This document shows positions 50,060-59,291 of a stretch of DNA of 64,000 nt, piece after piece. The stretch is taken from positions 3,252 to 67,251 of the forward strand of contig NIUT01000134.1 of NCBI GenBank assembly GCA_002254365.1, read 5' to 3'. Position 1 is the stretch's first letter, and the number at the start of each line of letters is the position of its first letter. A program made the translations under genes and the position numbers. The DNA comes from Nitrospira sp. UW-LDO-01 (GTDB lineage Bacteria > Nitrospirota > Nitrospiria > Nitrospirales > Nitrospiraceae). The notes below the pieces were generated by a model. That model made no database searches. It was not told the DNA's origin and saw nothing but the letters and a program-made list of their open reading frames with translations.

Positions 50060-51105
50060 AGGTGTAGCCCCGCTACCTTTGGTGAAATCGTTTTCAGCTT
50101 GTCTCGGAGATCTTTGCATCGTTCAAGTAATTTGGTCTCGCTCATGCCAAGCCGGTGCTTGTCACGAAGCATTTCCAAAAGGTATTTGGCCGACTCATAG
50201 ATTCCTAGGATGCTGTACTCATCTTGTTGAATAAAGGAAATGTCATCCCAATTATCAAGGGTGTCCATGGAAATTTCCTCAAGGGGGATAAATTGCATTC
50301 CGATCAGGAACGAATAGAAGGCCGTCGGGTTCTTGCCAAGTTCCATAATCAATTGACTGTTTGATACAACGTTGGGGGGATCATAACTGAGATCATCTGC
50401 CAAGAACTTTAAGAGCCATTCCCTTGCTTTTTCGTCTGTAAGATTTTTATTGATGAGATCGTGAAACGACCGCAGGTCGGCTCCAAAGGTCGTGATACTA
50501 AAATCAGCGAGCTCTTTAAGCCGACGGATTGTACTTGGGTACACCATTTTAGGTGCGACTTTTTCCATCACCGCATTAATCGCATTCTCGAATTGATCAA
50601 GCTCTCGTTCCAGTTCTCTACGCATTTCATCGAGAGAGTGCACCTGTGTGAGATCAGCTTGCTTCCACGCGCGAGGAAGCATTGCATGGCCATCAATTTC
50701 AAGGAGCTCTTTAAGGAGCTTCGCTGCCAGAGTGCCATATCCACGAACATGCTCCTCGGGAATTGTGATCCCATTGCCTTCGTGATAAAGACGATTTCTA
50801 ACATTGTGATAGAAGCGGAGGTGATGCAATTCATTATCGGGAATTCTCCCAGGTGCAGCAGCTTCGATTCCTTTTGTCAGATCGTGAAACTTTCCATTGA
50901 CATATTGCTTTAGATCCAAATATCCCTTCGCTGACCCGGAAATCTTAACCGGGAGCCCAAGAAACGTTCTAAGCGTGGTTTCCACGCAGACATCCATTAA
51001 AAGGAAGGAAATGCGACGACCTGCCTCATCGGGGCTAGCGTAGGCGGTTATTGCAAACTGGAGCAGTTCCCGTGGACCCCGTTGCCAGGGATGGATATCT
51101 ATCAT
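50050..51105 (-). CDS. HEPN-like domain protein, unknown C-terminal domain
   Basis: N-terminal helical region with Rx4H motif (RNRLYH) after an acidic DVCVE segment; visibly more AT-rich than core genes. Confidence 0.65.
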   Translation of the reverse strand: MIDIHPWQRGPRELLQFAITAYASPDEAGRRISFLLMDVCVETTLRTFLGLPVKISGSAKGYLDLKQYVNGKFHDLTKGIEAAAPGRIPDNELHHLRFYHNVRNRLYHEGNGITIPEEHVRGYGTLAAKLLKELLEIDGHAMLPRAWKQADLTQVHSLDEMRRELERELDQFENAINAVMEKVAPKMVYPSTIRRLKELADFSITTFGADLRSFHDLINKNLTDEKAREWLLKFLADDLSYDPPNVVSNSQLIMELGKNPTAFYSFLIGMQFIPLEEISMDTLDNWDDISFIQQDEYSILGIYESAKYLLEMLRDKHRLGMSETKLLERCKDLRDKLKTISPKVAGLHLPN

Positions 51106-51194
51106 CTGATGCCTCTGCCTAAAGGCTGGAGCTAATAGCACGGCGCGTTACTTCAGCAGTACGAATAGGGGTCAGAGTACAATTGCAGGATGAA

Positions 51195-51344
51195 TCAGGC
51201 AAGAACGACGTTCGATTTGCCTTCAACCTTTGTTCGTTTTCCTCCGCCGGCTTTGATCTACCGTACGTCATCCAGGACTTCTTGTCAGACATCGCGCTTT
51301 GCCTCGAAGTCGGCGAGCGCTTTACCGGTCAGTTTCGTACTCAT
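51195..51344 (-). pseudogene. Truncated HigA/XRE-type antitoxin pseudogene
   Basis: MSTKLTGKALADFEAKRDV*QEVLDDVR*IKAGGGKRTKVEGKSNVVLA*: two in-frame stops, HTH part missing; family recognised from memory. Confidence 0.6.
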
Positions 51345-51412
51345 TTCGAAATGTCTCCGACGGTTGGAGTGCTCATGGCGCAGGGGGCGGCACATCCTTA
51401 CCGCACGAAGAT

Positions 51413-51760
51413 CTATGCGGCATGGAGAAGGAACTCGACTTTCACTGAGTCGAATGGGAAAATCACTCGGCCATCCTTCCCACGATCGAGCACGCCTGCG
51501 TTCAACAGAGCTGTCACATCTGTGTGCACGGCCTTCACATCGCGACCCACACGGCGCGCCGCTTCGCGGATCGACAGAGGGCCGGCTCCACACATGGTCT
51601 TGAGTAATTGCCAGCGCTTCGCGGTCAACACTTTCCAGAGCAGTTCCGGTGTGGCAAAGGTGATGCGTGCGGACTTCTCTCCTTTCCCGGTTTTCCACAC
51701 ATGGGTAAAATCAGCCATTGCTTCCTTGGGGGAGCGAACATCAAGCACGACGGTCTTCAT
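51413..51760 (-). CDS. HVO_A0114-family wHTH protein, putative antitoxin
   Basis: ITFATPELLWKVLTAKRW, SIREAARRVGRDVKAVHTDVTALLNAG; GAGGTG RBS. Confidence 0.8.
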   Translation of the reverse strand: MKTVVLDVRSPKEAMADFTHVWKTGKGEKSARITFATPELLWKVLTAKRWQLLKTMCGAGPLSIREAARRVGRDVKAVHTDVTALLNAGVLDRGKDGRVIFPFDSVKVEFLLHAA

Positions 51761-51808
51761 GGTTTCACCTCAGCACCATGTAACTCTGGCCAGCCACTTC
51801 ACATAGAC

Positions 51809-51872
51809 GCTTAACGCCGAATATCAGTGGCGTGTTGCTTCCGATGTGTTCGGCTGAAGCGTTTCATTTGGT
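51809..51872 (-). mobile_element. Degenerate attC-like site
   Basis: Minus strand ACCAAATGAAACGCTTCAGCCGAAC...CACTGATATTCGGC-GTTAAGC: perfect GTTRRRY end, 64 bp, overlaps the DUF2442 3' end. Confidence 0.55.
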
Positions 51873-52114
51873 GAGGCCTCAACTGGGACGAGTTCAGCAA
51901 CGAATGTTTCCGGAGCAATGTCCTGTTCGTGAGGCCACGTTACAGTGCCCAGTACGATACCCACCTGTCTGAAATAGTCCTGGTTGCGCAATTCACGAAA
52001 CACGCCGTGGTCGAGATATGGTTTGACATTGAAGATGCCCCGTCGACCATCGGCGATTTCCACGTAGAGACGGTAATCTGAAAGCGGTGTGACGGTTTTT
52101 ACATCCCAGTACAT
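51824..52114 (-). CDS. DUF2442 domain protein (antitoxin-type)
   Basis: VTPLSDYRLYVEIADGRRG, VFRELR...F.QV, TVTWPHEQDIAPE. Confidence 0.85.
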   Translation of the reverse strand: MYWDVKTVTPLSDYRLYVEIADGRRGIFNVKPYLDHGVFRELRNQDYFRQVGIVLGTVTWPHEQDIAPETFVAELVPVEASPNETLQPNTSEATRH

Positions 52115-52116
52115 GG

Positions 52117-52362
52117 CTACAACCTTACAGAGGGTCGATTTACTGAGGGAAGTTGGGGACTTAGCCGGCTGCTGGCAAATTTCAGACAAGCAGAAACATC
52201 TTCCGCTTCAAGGTCTGGCAATTCTACAAGAACTTGTTGCTGTGAGAGCCCTGCGGCTAATAAATCCAGGACATCCACGACCCGAATCCGCATCCCACGA
52301 ATACAGGGCCGTCCTCCACATTGGCATGAGTTGACCGTAATTCGTTCAACGAGTTCAGCCAT
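52117..52362 (-). CDS. DUF433 domain protein (antitoxin-type)
   Basis: RITVN..QCGGRPCIRGMRIRVVDVLDLLAAG...PDLEAEDV. Confidence 0.85.
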   Translation of the reverse strand: MAELVERITVNSCQCGGRPCIRGMRIRVVDVLDLLAAGLSQQQVLVELPDLEAEDVSACLKFASSRLSPQLPSVNRPSVRL

Positions 52363-52528
52363 GATAAGACTCTCTGGATGGGCAACCCTTCTGAATCCTG
52401 TGTGCTTCACGACGGAGCCTACTGAAACGCCTCATTACTATCAAGCAATGCGCAATGTACGGTGGAATACACAGAGCCTTGGTGGAACGTAGGCCTTCCA
52501 TCCCCTGCTTGACTCCCATCCGACCCCT

Positions 52529-53587
52529 ATGATTAGGTCTGCCGCCACCATGATAGTTCTCACCCACTTTCGATTGTCCCTCATCGGTCTCCTCCTCATT
52601 GGGCTAAGTCTGCTCGGCTGCCAGAAGGAGAGCGAGTCCGTTGTCTCGATCGCCTTGCATCCCAAGAATGCCGACATCCTCTATGTCGCCACAAACGATG
52701 CGGTCTACAAATCGCGCGATGGGGGAGGGACCTGGGAACGTTTCCCAAGTTTCAGTGCGCGGCGGGTGACGACGCTCGCGATTGATCCGCTTCTGCCGGC
52801 GGCGATCTATGCCGGTACGATGGGGGATGCGGTCTACAAGAGTCCGGATGGGGGGCAACATTGGCTGCCGCACAATGTCGGACTGAAAGAGCACGTCTCA
52901 TTTATCAATCAGTTCGTGTTTCACCCGGCGGCCAGCGAACAGGTTTATGCGGCAACCACAGTCGGCGCCTTTTATTCAAAAGACGCGGGTCGCGAGTGGG
53001 TCGAGCGGATGAACGGGATGAAGGAAGTCCACATTGTGACGTCGATCGCCATCAATCCCAAGGAGCCGGCGGTGTTGTATGGTGGGACAACCGGCGGGGT
53101 CTATCGGTCAGATGATGGGGCGGCGACCTGGAAAAAGGTCAACAATGGGCTGATCCCCGAGACGGAACTGATGGCGGCCATGGCCCTTGGGGTCAATGCC
53201 ATTGAGATCGATCGGACGAATCCCGATATCGTCTATGCCGGCACGACGAAAGGATTGTTTCGCACGATGAACAAAGGCGAACAGTGGGAGCGGATTGGTC
53301 AATCCATCTCCGATCCCTTCATCAGCAGCTTGGTCCTTCATCCGAAGGAGTCGTCCCAGCTGTATATCGGTGGCCCAGCCGGGATTTGGAAAACGGTAGA
53401 TGGAGGAAAGACTTGGCAGGTGACGAACCGAGGGCTTGCGACGTTGAACATTCGCGCCCTGGCTATGGATCCAAAAAACGCTCAAGTGCTCTACGCCGGC
53501 ACAAACGGCAGTGGCCTCTACCGTTCTACCGATGCCGGCGCAACCTGGGTGCCGGTGCTGTTGAAGGCAGCACCGGCCCAGTCGTAA
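52529..53587 (+). CDS. BNR/Asp-box repeat beta-propeller lipoprotein
   Basis: Lipobox LLGC; repeated KSxDGGxxW motifs. Confidence 0.88.
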   Translation: MIRSAATMIVLTHFRLSLIGLLLIGLSLLGCQKESESVVSIALHPKNADILYVATNDAVYKSRDGGGTWERFPSFSARRVTTLAIDPLLPAAIYAGTMGDAVYKSPDGGQHWLPHNVGLKEHVSFINQFVFHPAASEQVYAATTVGAFYSKDAGREWVERMNGMKEVHIVTSIAINPKEPAVLYGGTTGGVYRSDDGAATWKKVNNGLIPETELMAAMALGVNAIEIDRTNPDIVYAGTTKGLFRTMNKGEQWERIGQSISDPFISSLVLHPKESSQLYIGGPAGIWKTVDGGKTWQVTNRGLATLNIRALAMDPKNAQVLYAGTNGSGLYRSTDAGATWVPVLLKAAPAQS

Positions 53588-53715
53588 TTCAAATCTTCCG
53601 CGTCGTTCGCCTCTCGACTCTGAGTTTCATATTTCGAGTGTAGAGAATTTGGACTCCCGAAACTTGAAACCAGGAACACGCCACTCCTAATCAACTTGAT
53701 GCGACCCACAGTCGC

Positions 53716-54195
53716 TTAGTACCCGGTCTTGGATCCGGTGCTGCCGTGTGAGTAGCGGCCACTGTAGGAGATCATCTTGTCCGAAAGTGTCTTCCACTCA
53801 TCGGCCGTCATGAGGTTCTTCATCTTGAACCGCAGGCTCAGGACGCTGGCCGAGTGCTGCATCCGTTGAATGTTCGCCTCGTTGAGAATTTTGGAAAACT
53901 CCTCCGGAGTCGCGTCATAGCTGGCGTTCAAGGTATAGAGTTGTCGGTGGTAGGCGCGCTCTTGCTCACGGCCTTCTTTGAGTTCGGTAATGATTTGGCC
54001 GACGTACGCATTGACTTGCTTCGCCTTGTCAGGATCCGTCACGGTCCGATTGACTAATCCCTCCATGTCTTGCTGGCCTTTTTGCCAATAGGCGTCGCTC
54101 TTGCCACCACTCATCATGCCGTGGTGATGGGATGAACATCCGACCAAAGCCACCATAACGAGTGCACCGAAAAGCCCAGATAGTATCCGATTCAT
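53716..54195 (-). CDS. Helical lipoprotein with His-rich N-terminus
   Basis: Lipobox LVGC, SSHHHGMM; GGAGG RBS. Confidence 0.75.
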   Translation of the reverse strand: MNRILSGLFGALVMVALVGCSSHHHGMMSGGKSDAYWQKGQQDMEGLVNRTVTDPDKAKQVNAYVGQIITELKEGREQERAYHRQLYTLNASYDATPEEFSKILNEANIQRMQHSASVLSLRFKMKNLMTADEWKTLSDKMISYSGRYSHGSTGSKTGY

Positions 54196-54256
54196 ACTGT
54201 CCTCCCTTGATAGTTGTTCCGTACCCTTGTCCTACCGTATCATCCCTGAAACGAGT

Positions 54257-54601
54257 ATGGCAGAAGCGCGCCCCCTTATGTCAGATCCGACACAGGTGCT
54301 GAAGGAGGAATTCCGTCGGCATCTGGAGACGTTCTACGCCCGACTCAATCTGGCGTCCCCTTACGAGAGCGTGGAGAAGGCCGTTCGCACCTTGACGACC
54401 ATCGTGCATGCGCTTCCCCCAGACGAACAAGTCAAAATTGTAGCCGATCCTGCGTTGCAATGGCAGCAGTTCCGTCACGCATTTGAAACGTCGGGGCTGG
54501 TAAAGAAACATCGCGGGATCATTACCGGTCTGGTTCGCCATCGTGCTGCCGTGAACCTGCCGGTTGAGTACGATCACTTCTTGAGCTTCTTCCGCGGATG
54601 A
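54257..54601 (+). CDS. Hypothetical protein
   Basis: Fills the space between neighbouring genes; protein-like helical composition. Confidence 0.7.
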   Translation: MAEARPLMSDPTQVLKEEFRRHLETFYARLNLASPYESVEKAVRTLTTIVHALPPDEQVKIVADPALQWQQFRHAFETSGLVKKHRGIITGLVRHRAAVNLPVEYDHFLSFFRG

Positions 54602-54610
54602 GTGGCACGC

Positions 54611-55243
54611 TCAGGAGGAACTGGGTGGTGTCAGGGCTGCACGCAGTTCATCGTACACCTGCATGAGGCGGCTGTCTTCCAAGCGATAGGACAAGGTGAC
54701 CGTCACGATTCCAAACAGCGCGACCATGCCGGCCAGTCCGGTAATACCGATGCCCAAGAACGCTGCGCCGAGCGTCGTGAACCCGCCTTCCAGTACGTAT
54801 TGCACCACAAAGGTGAGCGATCCCAGCAAGACAATGGCAAACCAGATCACGGTGATGAGGGCTGATGACCAGGGAATTCGCTTGACGCAGTGCGTTACCA
54901 GCGCCGTTTCGTGGGGAGACAAATGAATGAGGCCTTTGACCGGCCACGCTGTCCTGAATTTTCTGGAGAAGAGGCGGTATTGTGGGCGGATGGCAATCTG
55001 GGACAGGTCGGGGTACCACCACGCTACGCCATGCCCCAGCATCAAGATTCCGTCAGGACCGAAACGTTCGCGGACGGTATCCAGGGTTACGCCAGTCCAC
55101 TGATCAGGGCAAGTGGCCACACGACAGCCATACCGCACGGCATCCGGAGTGAGGCGGATAAAATAGACCCAGTCCCCAACGAGCAGTCCGAGAAAAAGTG
55201 CACTGGCAAAGAAACCTGCGAGGAGCATGGATGTAGCTATCAC
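54611..55243 (-). CDS. Hypothetical membrane protein
   Basis: Three hydrophobic segments. Confidence 0.7.
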   Translation of the reverse strand: MIATSMLLAGFFASALFLGLLVGDWVYFIRLTPDAVRYGCRVATCPDQWTGVTLDTVRERFGPDGILMLGHGVAWWYPDLSQIAIRPQYRLFSRKFRTAWPVKGLIHLSPHETALVTHCVKRIPWSSALITVIWFAIVLLGSLTFVVQYVLEGGFTTLGAAFLGIGITGLAGMVALFGIVTVTLSYRLEDSRLMQVYDELRAALTPPSSS

Positions 55244-55518
55244 ATAGAGAAGCGCGACGAATCAAGGCTGGCAGGATGGGCATACACCGGTGGTGAACGC
55301 TCCGGTTCATGCCAGAACTTCTGCACCGGCACGCGAAAAGCTTGTTGACTCATACGGAGGAGTTTGGCTACAGTACGCCGGGCAATGTTTCCGGCGGGCT
55401 ATGGGCTACCTGAGTTCCCCGCCTCAATATTGATTTTCCCCGCGTCACCATTGACGGTATCTTCCTCTGCAGGGTTGCAGTGCGCAGAGACCGGATCGTA
55501 CGGATTGTGGAGGCAAAC

Positions 55519-56250
55519 ATGGATCCCGACAAGATTGAGCGTGTGTACACCTCCTATGCGGGGTTTTACGACCGAGTGTTTGGAAAAGTGTTCCATGAGG
55601 GTCGTGAATCGGCCATTCGAAATTTGAATGTGCAGCCGAATGAACAGATTCTTGAAGTCGGGGTTGGGACGGGATTAGCGCTTCCCATGTACCCTCGTCA
55701 TTGTCGTATCGTTGGGATCGATGTCTCCGAAGGGATGCTGGCTAGGGCAAAAGAGAAGGCGGCGGCTCATCAGCTTGATCACGTCGAGCTGCATCGCATG
55801 GATGCCGGCGCGATGCAATTCAATGATGACAGCTTCGATACAGTCGTCGCGGCCTATGTTGTGACCGCGGTGCCGGACTATCGAAAGGTCGTCAACGAGA
55901 TGATTCGGGTCTGCCGTCCTGGCGGACGGATTATCATGCTGAATCACTTCAGCAACGGCAACAAGGTGATTGCAGCCGTTGAAAAAGTGCTTTCCCCATT
56001 GACCAAACATTTAGGATGGCGTACGGATTTGTCCCTCACGACTGTGCTGGAAGGCACGTCGCTCCACATCGCCAGGAACCAACGGGTGAATCCCTTGCGA
56101 CTCTGGGCCCTGGTGGAATGTATTAACGGCAAGGGGCAGCAGGTGAATGGGAATGGGACGGCACATGCCGCTTCGGGTTATGCGAGGGGTAACGGAACCG
56201 CTGCCTACTCCAACGGGAATGGGCACTATTCCCCCGAGCACGCGCACTAA
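55519..56250 (+). CDS. Class I SAM methyltransferase, phosphatidylethanolamine N-methyltransferase (PmtA)-like
   Basis: YAGFYDRVFG, LEVGVGTG, GIDVSEGML, MDAGAM, CRPGGRI, NHF; GGAGG RBS. Confidence 0.8.
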   Translation: MDPDKIERVYTSYAGFYDRVFGKVFHEGRESAIRNLNVQPNEQILEVGVGTGLALPMYPRHCRIVGIDVSEGMLARAKEKAAAHQLDHVELHRMDAGAMQFNDDSFDTVVAAYVVTAVPDYRKVVNEMIRVCRPGGRIIMLNHFSNGNKVIAAVEKVLSPLTKHLGWRTDLSLTTVLEGTSLHIARNQRVNPLRLWALVECINGKGQQVNGNGTAHAASGYARGNGTAAYSNGNGHYSPEHAH

Positions 56251-56269
56251 ACAGTAGTCGAAGTCCTTC

Positions 56270-57142
56270 TCACCGTTCAGGCCGTGATCGGTGTTCGCGA
56301 ATCAACCAGCGCTCCCATTCTCGACCTGGGATGATCGTCGTGCCGACCAGGCAGTTGCCTGAGAAGCGTTGGGTGATCCGATCCGCGAGGACTTCTAGGA
56401 TGCGACTCAGCCTTCTATCCTGCATGCCGAATACTCTCAGCAGTAGTCCAAAGCCCTGTCCCTCCGGTGGACTGTAGGCCATTGCATGGACTAGGTTACT
56501 CTCATCCACTGAGAAATCATCTGCCGGTCTCAGGTTCCCTTCCCACTGCACAGCTGGATGAATCGCATCAGACCGTTCCGTGTCATGCCAGGTGCAGGGT
56601 AGGCCGGCCTGATCCAATTCGCCCAATAACCACTGAATGGTGGGACCGTCGGTCTCGAGCCCTTGGAAGGTCCATCGGGCCAGTTCTGCAGCTTGTTGGG
56701 CAGTCACCATCGGCAAGGTGAGCTCTTCCAGATGAGCCTCGTCACAGACCACATACAGCTCGCCTTGCGGGTCAAACCAGAAGCGTAGTTTTCCCGCATT
56801 GAGTTCCGTCTGAATGACACTGAGCGAGGAGCAGTCTATTCCGTCCTGTTCAAAGACCGAAAAGTCCGTGACGCCGGTCATGGTCAATTTGGCAACTCGA
56901 GCAAGACCGCGAATCTCGTAGTGAATGGTCACGGCAATCGTGGTTCCGGCTGGGACATCACGCGTCGATCTTTCATCGAAGAGGCGACGCTTCAAGATCT
57001 GCACCTCCGTGACATAACCGGCGCGAAACCCGCCGGTATGGCCGATCAGCCATCGAAGGTCTTCTGTGTGTTTGATGGTGCGGTTCACGAGGCAATTGTA
57101 GCGTAGGCCAGGACGTAGAGCTAGACTGGCGCGCGCATCCAA
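56270..57142 (-). CDS. Hypothetical protein
   Basis: Long ORF co-oriented with its neighbours; start uncertain. Confidence 0.7.
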   Translation of the reverse strand: MDARASLALRPGLRYNCLVNRTIKHTEDLRWLIGHTGGFRAGYVTEVQILKRRLFDERSTRDVPAGTTIAVTIHYEIRGLARVAKLTMTGVTDFSVFEQDGIDCSSLSVIQTELNAGKLRFWFDPQGELYVVCDEAHLEELTLPMVTAQQAAELARWTFQGLETDGPTIQWLLGELDQAGLPCTWHDTERSDAIHPAVQWEGNLRPADDFSVDESNLVHAMAYSPPEGQGFGLLLRVFGMQDRRLSRILEVLADRITQRFSGNCLVGTTIIPGREWERWLIREHRSRPER

Positions 57143-57978
57143 CAGGAGAGGACGGGAGGAGGGAGTCTCGGGCGCACATTCGACCTCAATTCGCAGGATC
57201 CGTAATGGGCCAAGCCGACCTTACGGCACCATGACGTGGCAATGCTTGCCTCGTCCCTTCCGTGGTTTATCATGAGGAACAACCCGTGTGGCTGGAGGTT
57301 GCGCATCACTTGCGAGAATAGGTCGTGCGGCGCCAGAAGAGAAAGTGGTAGTCGCCAGGCCAATACCGGAGCCGGTGTCACAAAGGGATACCAGGCGGTG
57401 ATGATGCTGGCCGGGGAACTATACCGGCGATAGTCCTGGATATGGAACTCTGTGTTCGGAAGGTCTTGGATATAGCCTTTCGCATAATCGTGGCGACTAT
57501 AGCCATTGATATACATCCGATGGCCTTCTACCTCGACGCCAATGAGCGCGGTTGGTCGAAAAAAAGTGTGTAAGACGGGAGCGTACCAAAAGTTACTCGA
57601 CCCGATATCCTGTACGGTGCCACCAGCGAGACGGGGCAATCTGAGCGCCGACCACCCTTGGTCGAGCAGGTCGAGATAATCGTACTGTCGTAAGGCCGTC
57701 GACTGGCTTGCGCGTTGCTCAAACCGTACGCGAAATCGGCGTTGAAGTGATGTGATCCGCTCATACTGAACTCCGCTCAGATCCTCGAGTTCCTGTGCTG
57801 GCCGTTCCCGATAGATCCCACGTGACCAGGCTACTCGTTCTCCAAGGTGGTACCAGAAGGCGTGATAGCGGGAGCGGACTCTCTCCTGAAACGAACAGGG
57901 CGAAGGGGCTTCCGCTCTCTGATGGCTTGGAGGAGCGATGAGTGAAGCGTGGTCCATGTCAGTTGCGGGAATAGCCAT
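57121..57978 (-). CDS. Hypothetical protein, possible SAM-binding fold
   Basis: VQDIGS...IGVEVEG resembles methyltransferase motifs I/II. Confidence 0.6.
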   Translation of the reverse strand: MAIPATDMDHASLIAPPSHQRAEAPSPCSFQERVRSRYHAFWYHLGERVAWSRGIYRERPAQELEDLSGVQYERITSLQRRFRVRFEQRASQSTALRQYDYLDLLDQGWSALRLPRLAGGTVQDIGSSNFWYAPVLHTFFRPTALIGVEVEGHRMYINGYSRHDYAKGYIQDLPNTEFHIQDYRRYSSPASIITAWYPFVTPAPVLAWRLPLSLLAPHDLFSQVMRNLQPHGLFLMINHGRDEASIATSWCRKVGLAHYGSCELRSNVRPRLPPPVLSCWMRAPV

Positions 57979-58195
57979 GACATGTACTTGTCGGTCGATT
58001 GAGTGCCGGGCTAAAGGTGAAAACAGGGAATGTGGCAGGATCACTCGATAGGCCTGGCAAGATGCTGCTGGTACGGTCTGGGGCATCCGGAGAGATCTAA
58101 GAAATGACCAACTCGCAGCTGGTCGGTTACGTGACTGCCAAGGTAGGAACCGGGTCGATCCAAGCGGGGGAGATCAGCTGGGCCGTCTAATCCTT

Positions 58196-59122
58196 CTACA
58201 CTGATGCTGTCGGAGACTGGCTGAATCCAATCGTCAACCCGTCCAGTTGATCGGGAGAGAAGATGACTCGCTTCTCTCCTGTTGTCGACAGTGAGCGCCT
58301 TTCTCGAAGCTGCTGAGCGATCGACGGCAGGTCGGCACAGGCGAACTCAATCCCGAGAAGTCGGTTCCCCGCGCCGGGATGAAATCGAAGTAGAGGCCCT
58401 GCGTCGAATGAATGGGTTGAGCTACTGGTCAAATCGGGCCGATCCAGTAAGCGTCTCCAGACGGGGAGATTAGTTGCCATCTCGATATCGATCCCGGCAA
58501 CTCCGGTGATTCCATAAGGCCCATTCTGTCGAGTCTTCCGCCAGGCAGCTCTTAACGCGGCGATTCGTTCCTGATGAGGATGGCTCTGGTTGTCGCACAT
58601 AAAAACCAGGGAACTACCCAACAACATTGAAAATGTTTTAGAGCCTACCTCGGTGCCGGCCATCCAGGTGCGGAGGTTCGACAGGGCTCGACCGACTCGA
58701 GTATTCCTTCCACCTGGTTGACTAAGCCACAGTGCGGCATTTGGCTGCCCATCCAAGAGGTTGCGTAAGAAGGTGAGAGTGGGCTGCATCACAAAAGGCG
58801 ATTCGTAGGAGAGCGTCAGCGGCGACGCGTACAATACCTTTCGAGACGATAGCCCTTCAACCGTCTTCCAGATCGTATCCCATGGTGCGAAGCCGAGGCC
58901 GTAGAGCCAGGTTCCTGGGAGTTGAAGCCCTGTGAACCGACCGATTTCGATCGTCATGTTGCCAGCGTACAGTCCTCCTGAAACGAGCAGGCCGCAGTCG
59001 GCGAGCGGCCAGGCGACCGGCAAACCAAACTCATGACGAAATCGCGCAAATACCCGCTCCACATCTTGCGTGTGAATAAGAATGCGATCGATCCCACGAA
59101 TCAGCGGGTCCATTATGGCCAT
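58196..59122 (-). CDS. VOC/glyoxalase-like fold protein
   Basis: GIDRILIHT, FGLPVAW, GNMTIEI pattern. Confidence 0.6.
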   Translation of the reverse strand: MAIMDPLIRGIDRILIHTQDVERVFARFRHEFGLPVAWPLADCGLLVSGGLYAGNMTIEIGRFTGLQLPGTWLYGLGFAPWDTIWKTVEGLSSRKVLYASPLTLSYESPFVMQPTLTFLRNLLDGQPNAALWLSQPGGRNTRVGRALSNLRTWMAGTEVGSKTFSMLLGSSLVFMCDNQSHPHQERIAALRAAWRKTRQNGPYGITGVAGIDIEMATNLPVWRRLLDRPDLTSSSTHSFDAGPLLRFHPGAGNRLLGIEFACADLPSIAQQLRERRSLSTTGEKRVIFSPDQLDGLTIGFSQSPTASV

Positions 59123-59291
59123 ATGGGCCGGCTACTCTACGGAAGAGGAAGCAAAAAGGGAAGTCATACGGAGGGGTAGAGGTGTTCCGACGAGCAGTGG
59201 ATAGATACAGGCTCATGTCCTCTCCAGAAGGGCGGTCTTGAGAAGTTCGAGATCTTGACGTGAGTCAGGTGGCTATGCCAGTAAAGAACGT

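Noticed and set aside
51165-51185. AATAGGGGTCAGAGTACAATT as a REP/transposon end
   Set aside because: Single copy in the window with no associated transposase; resemblance is from memory only
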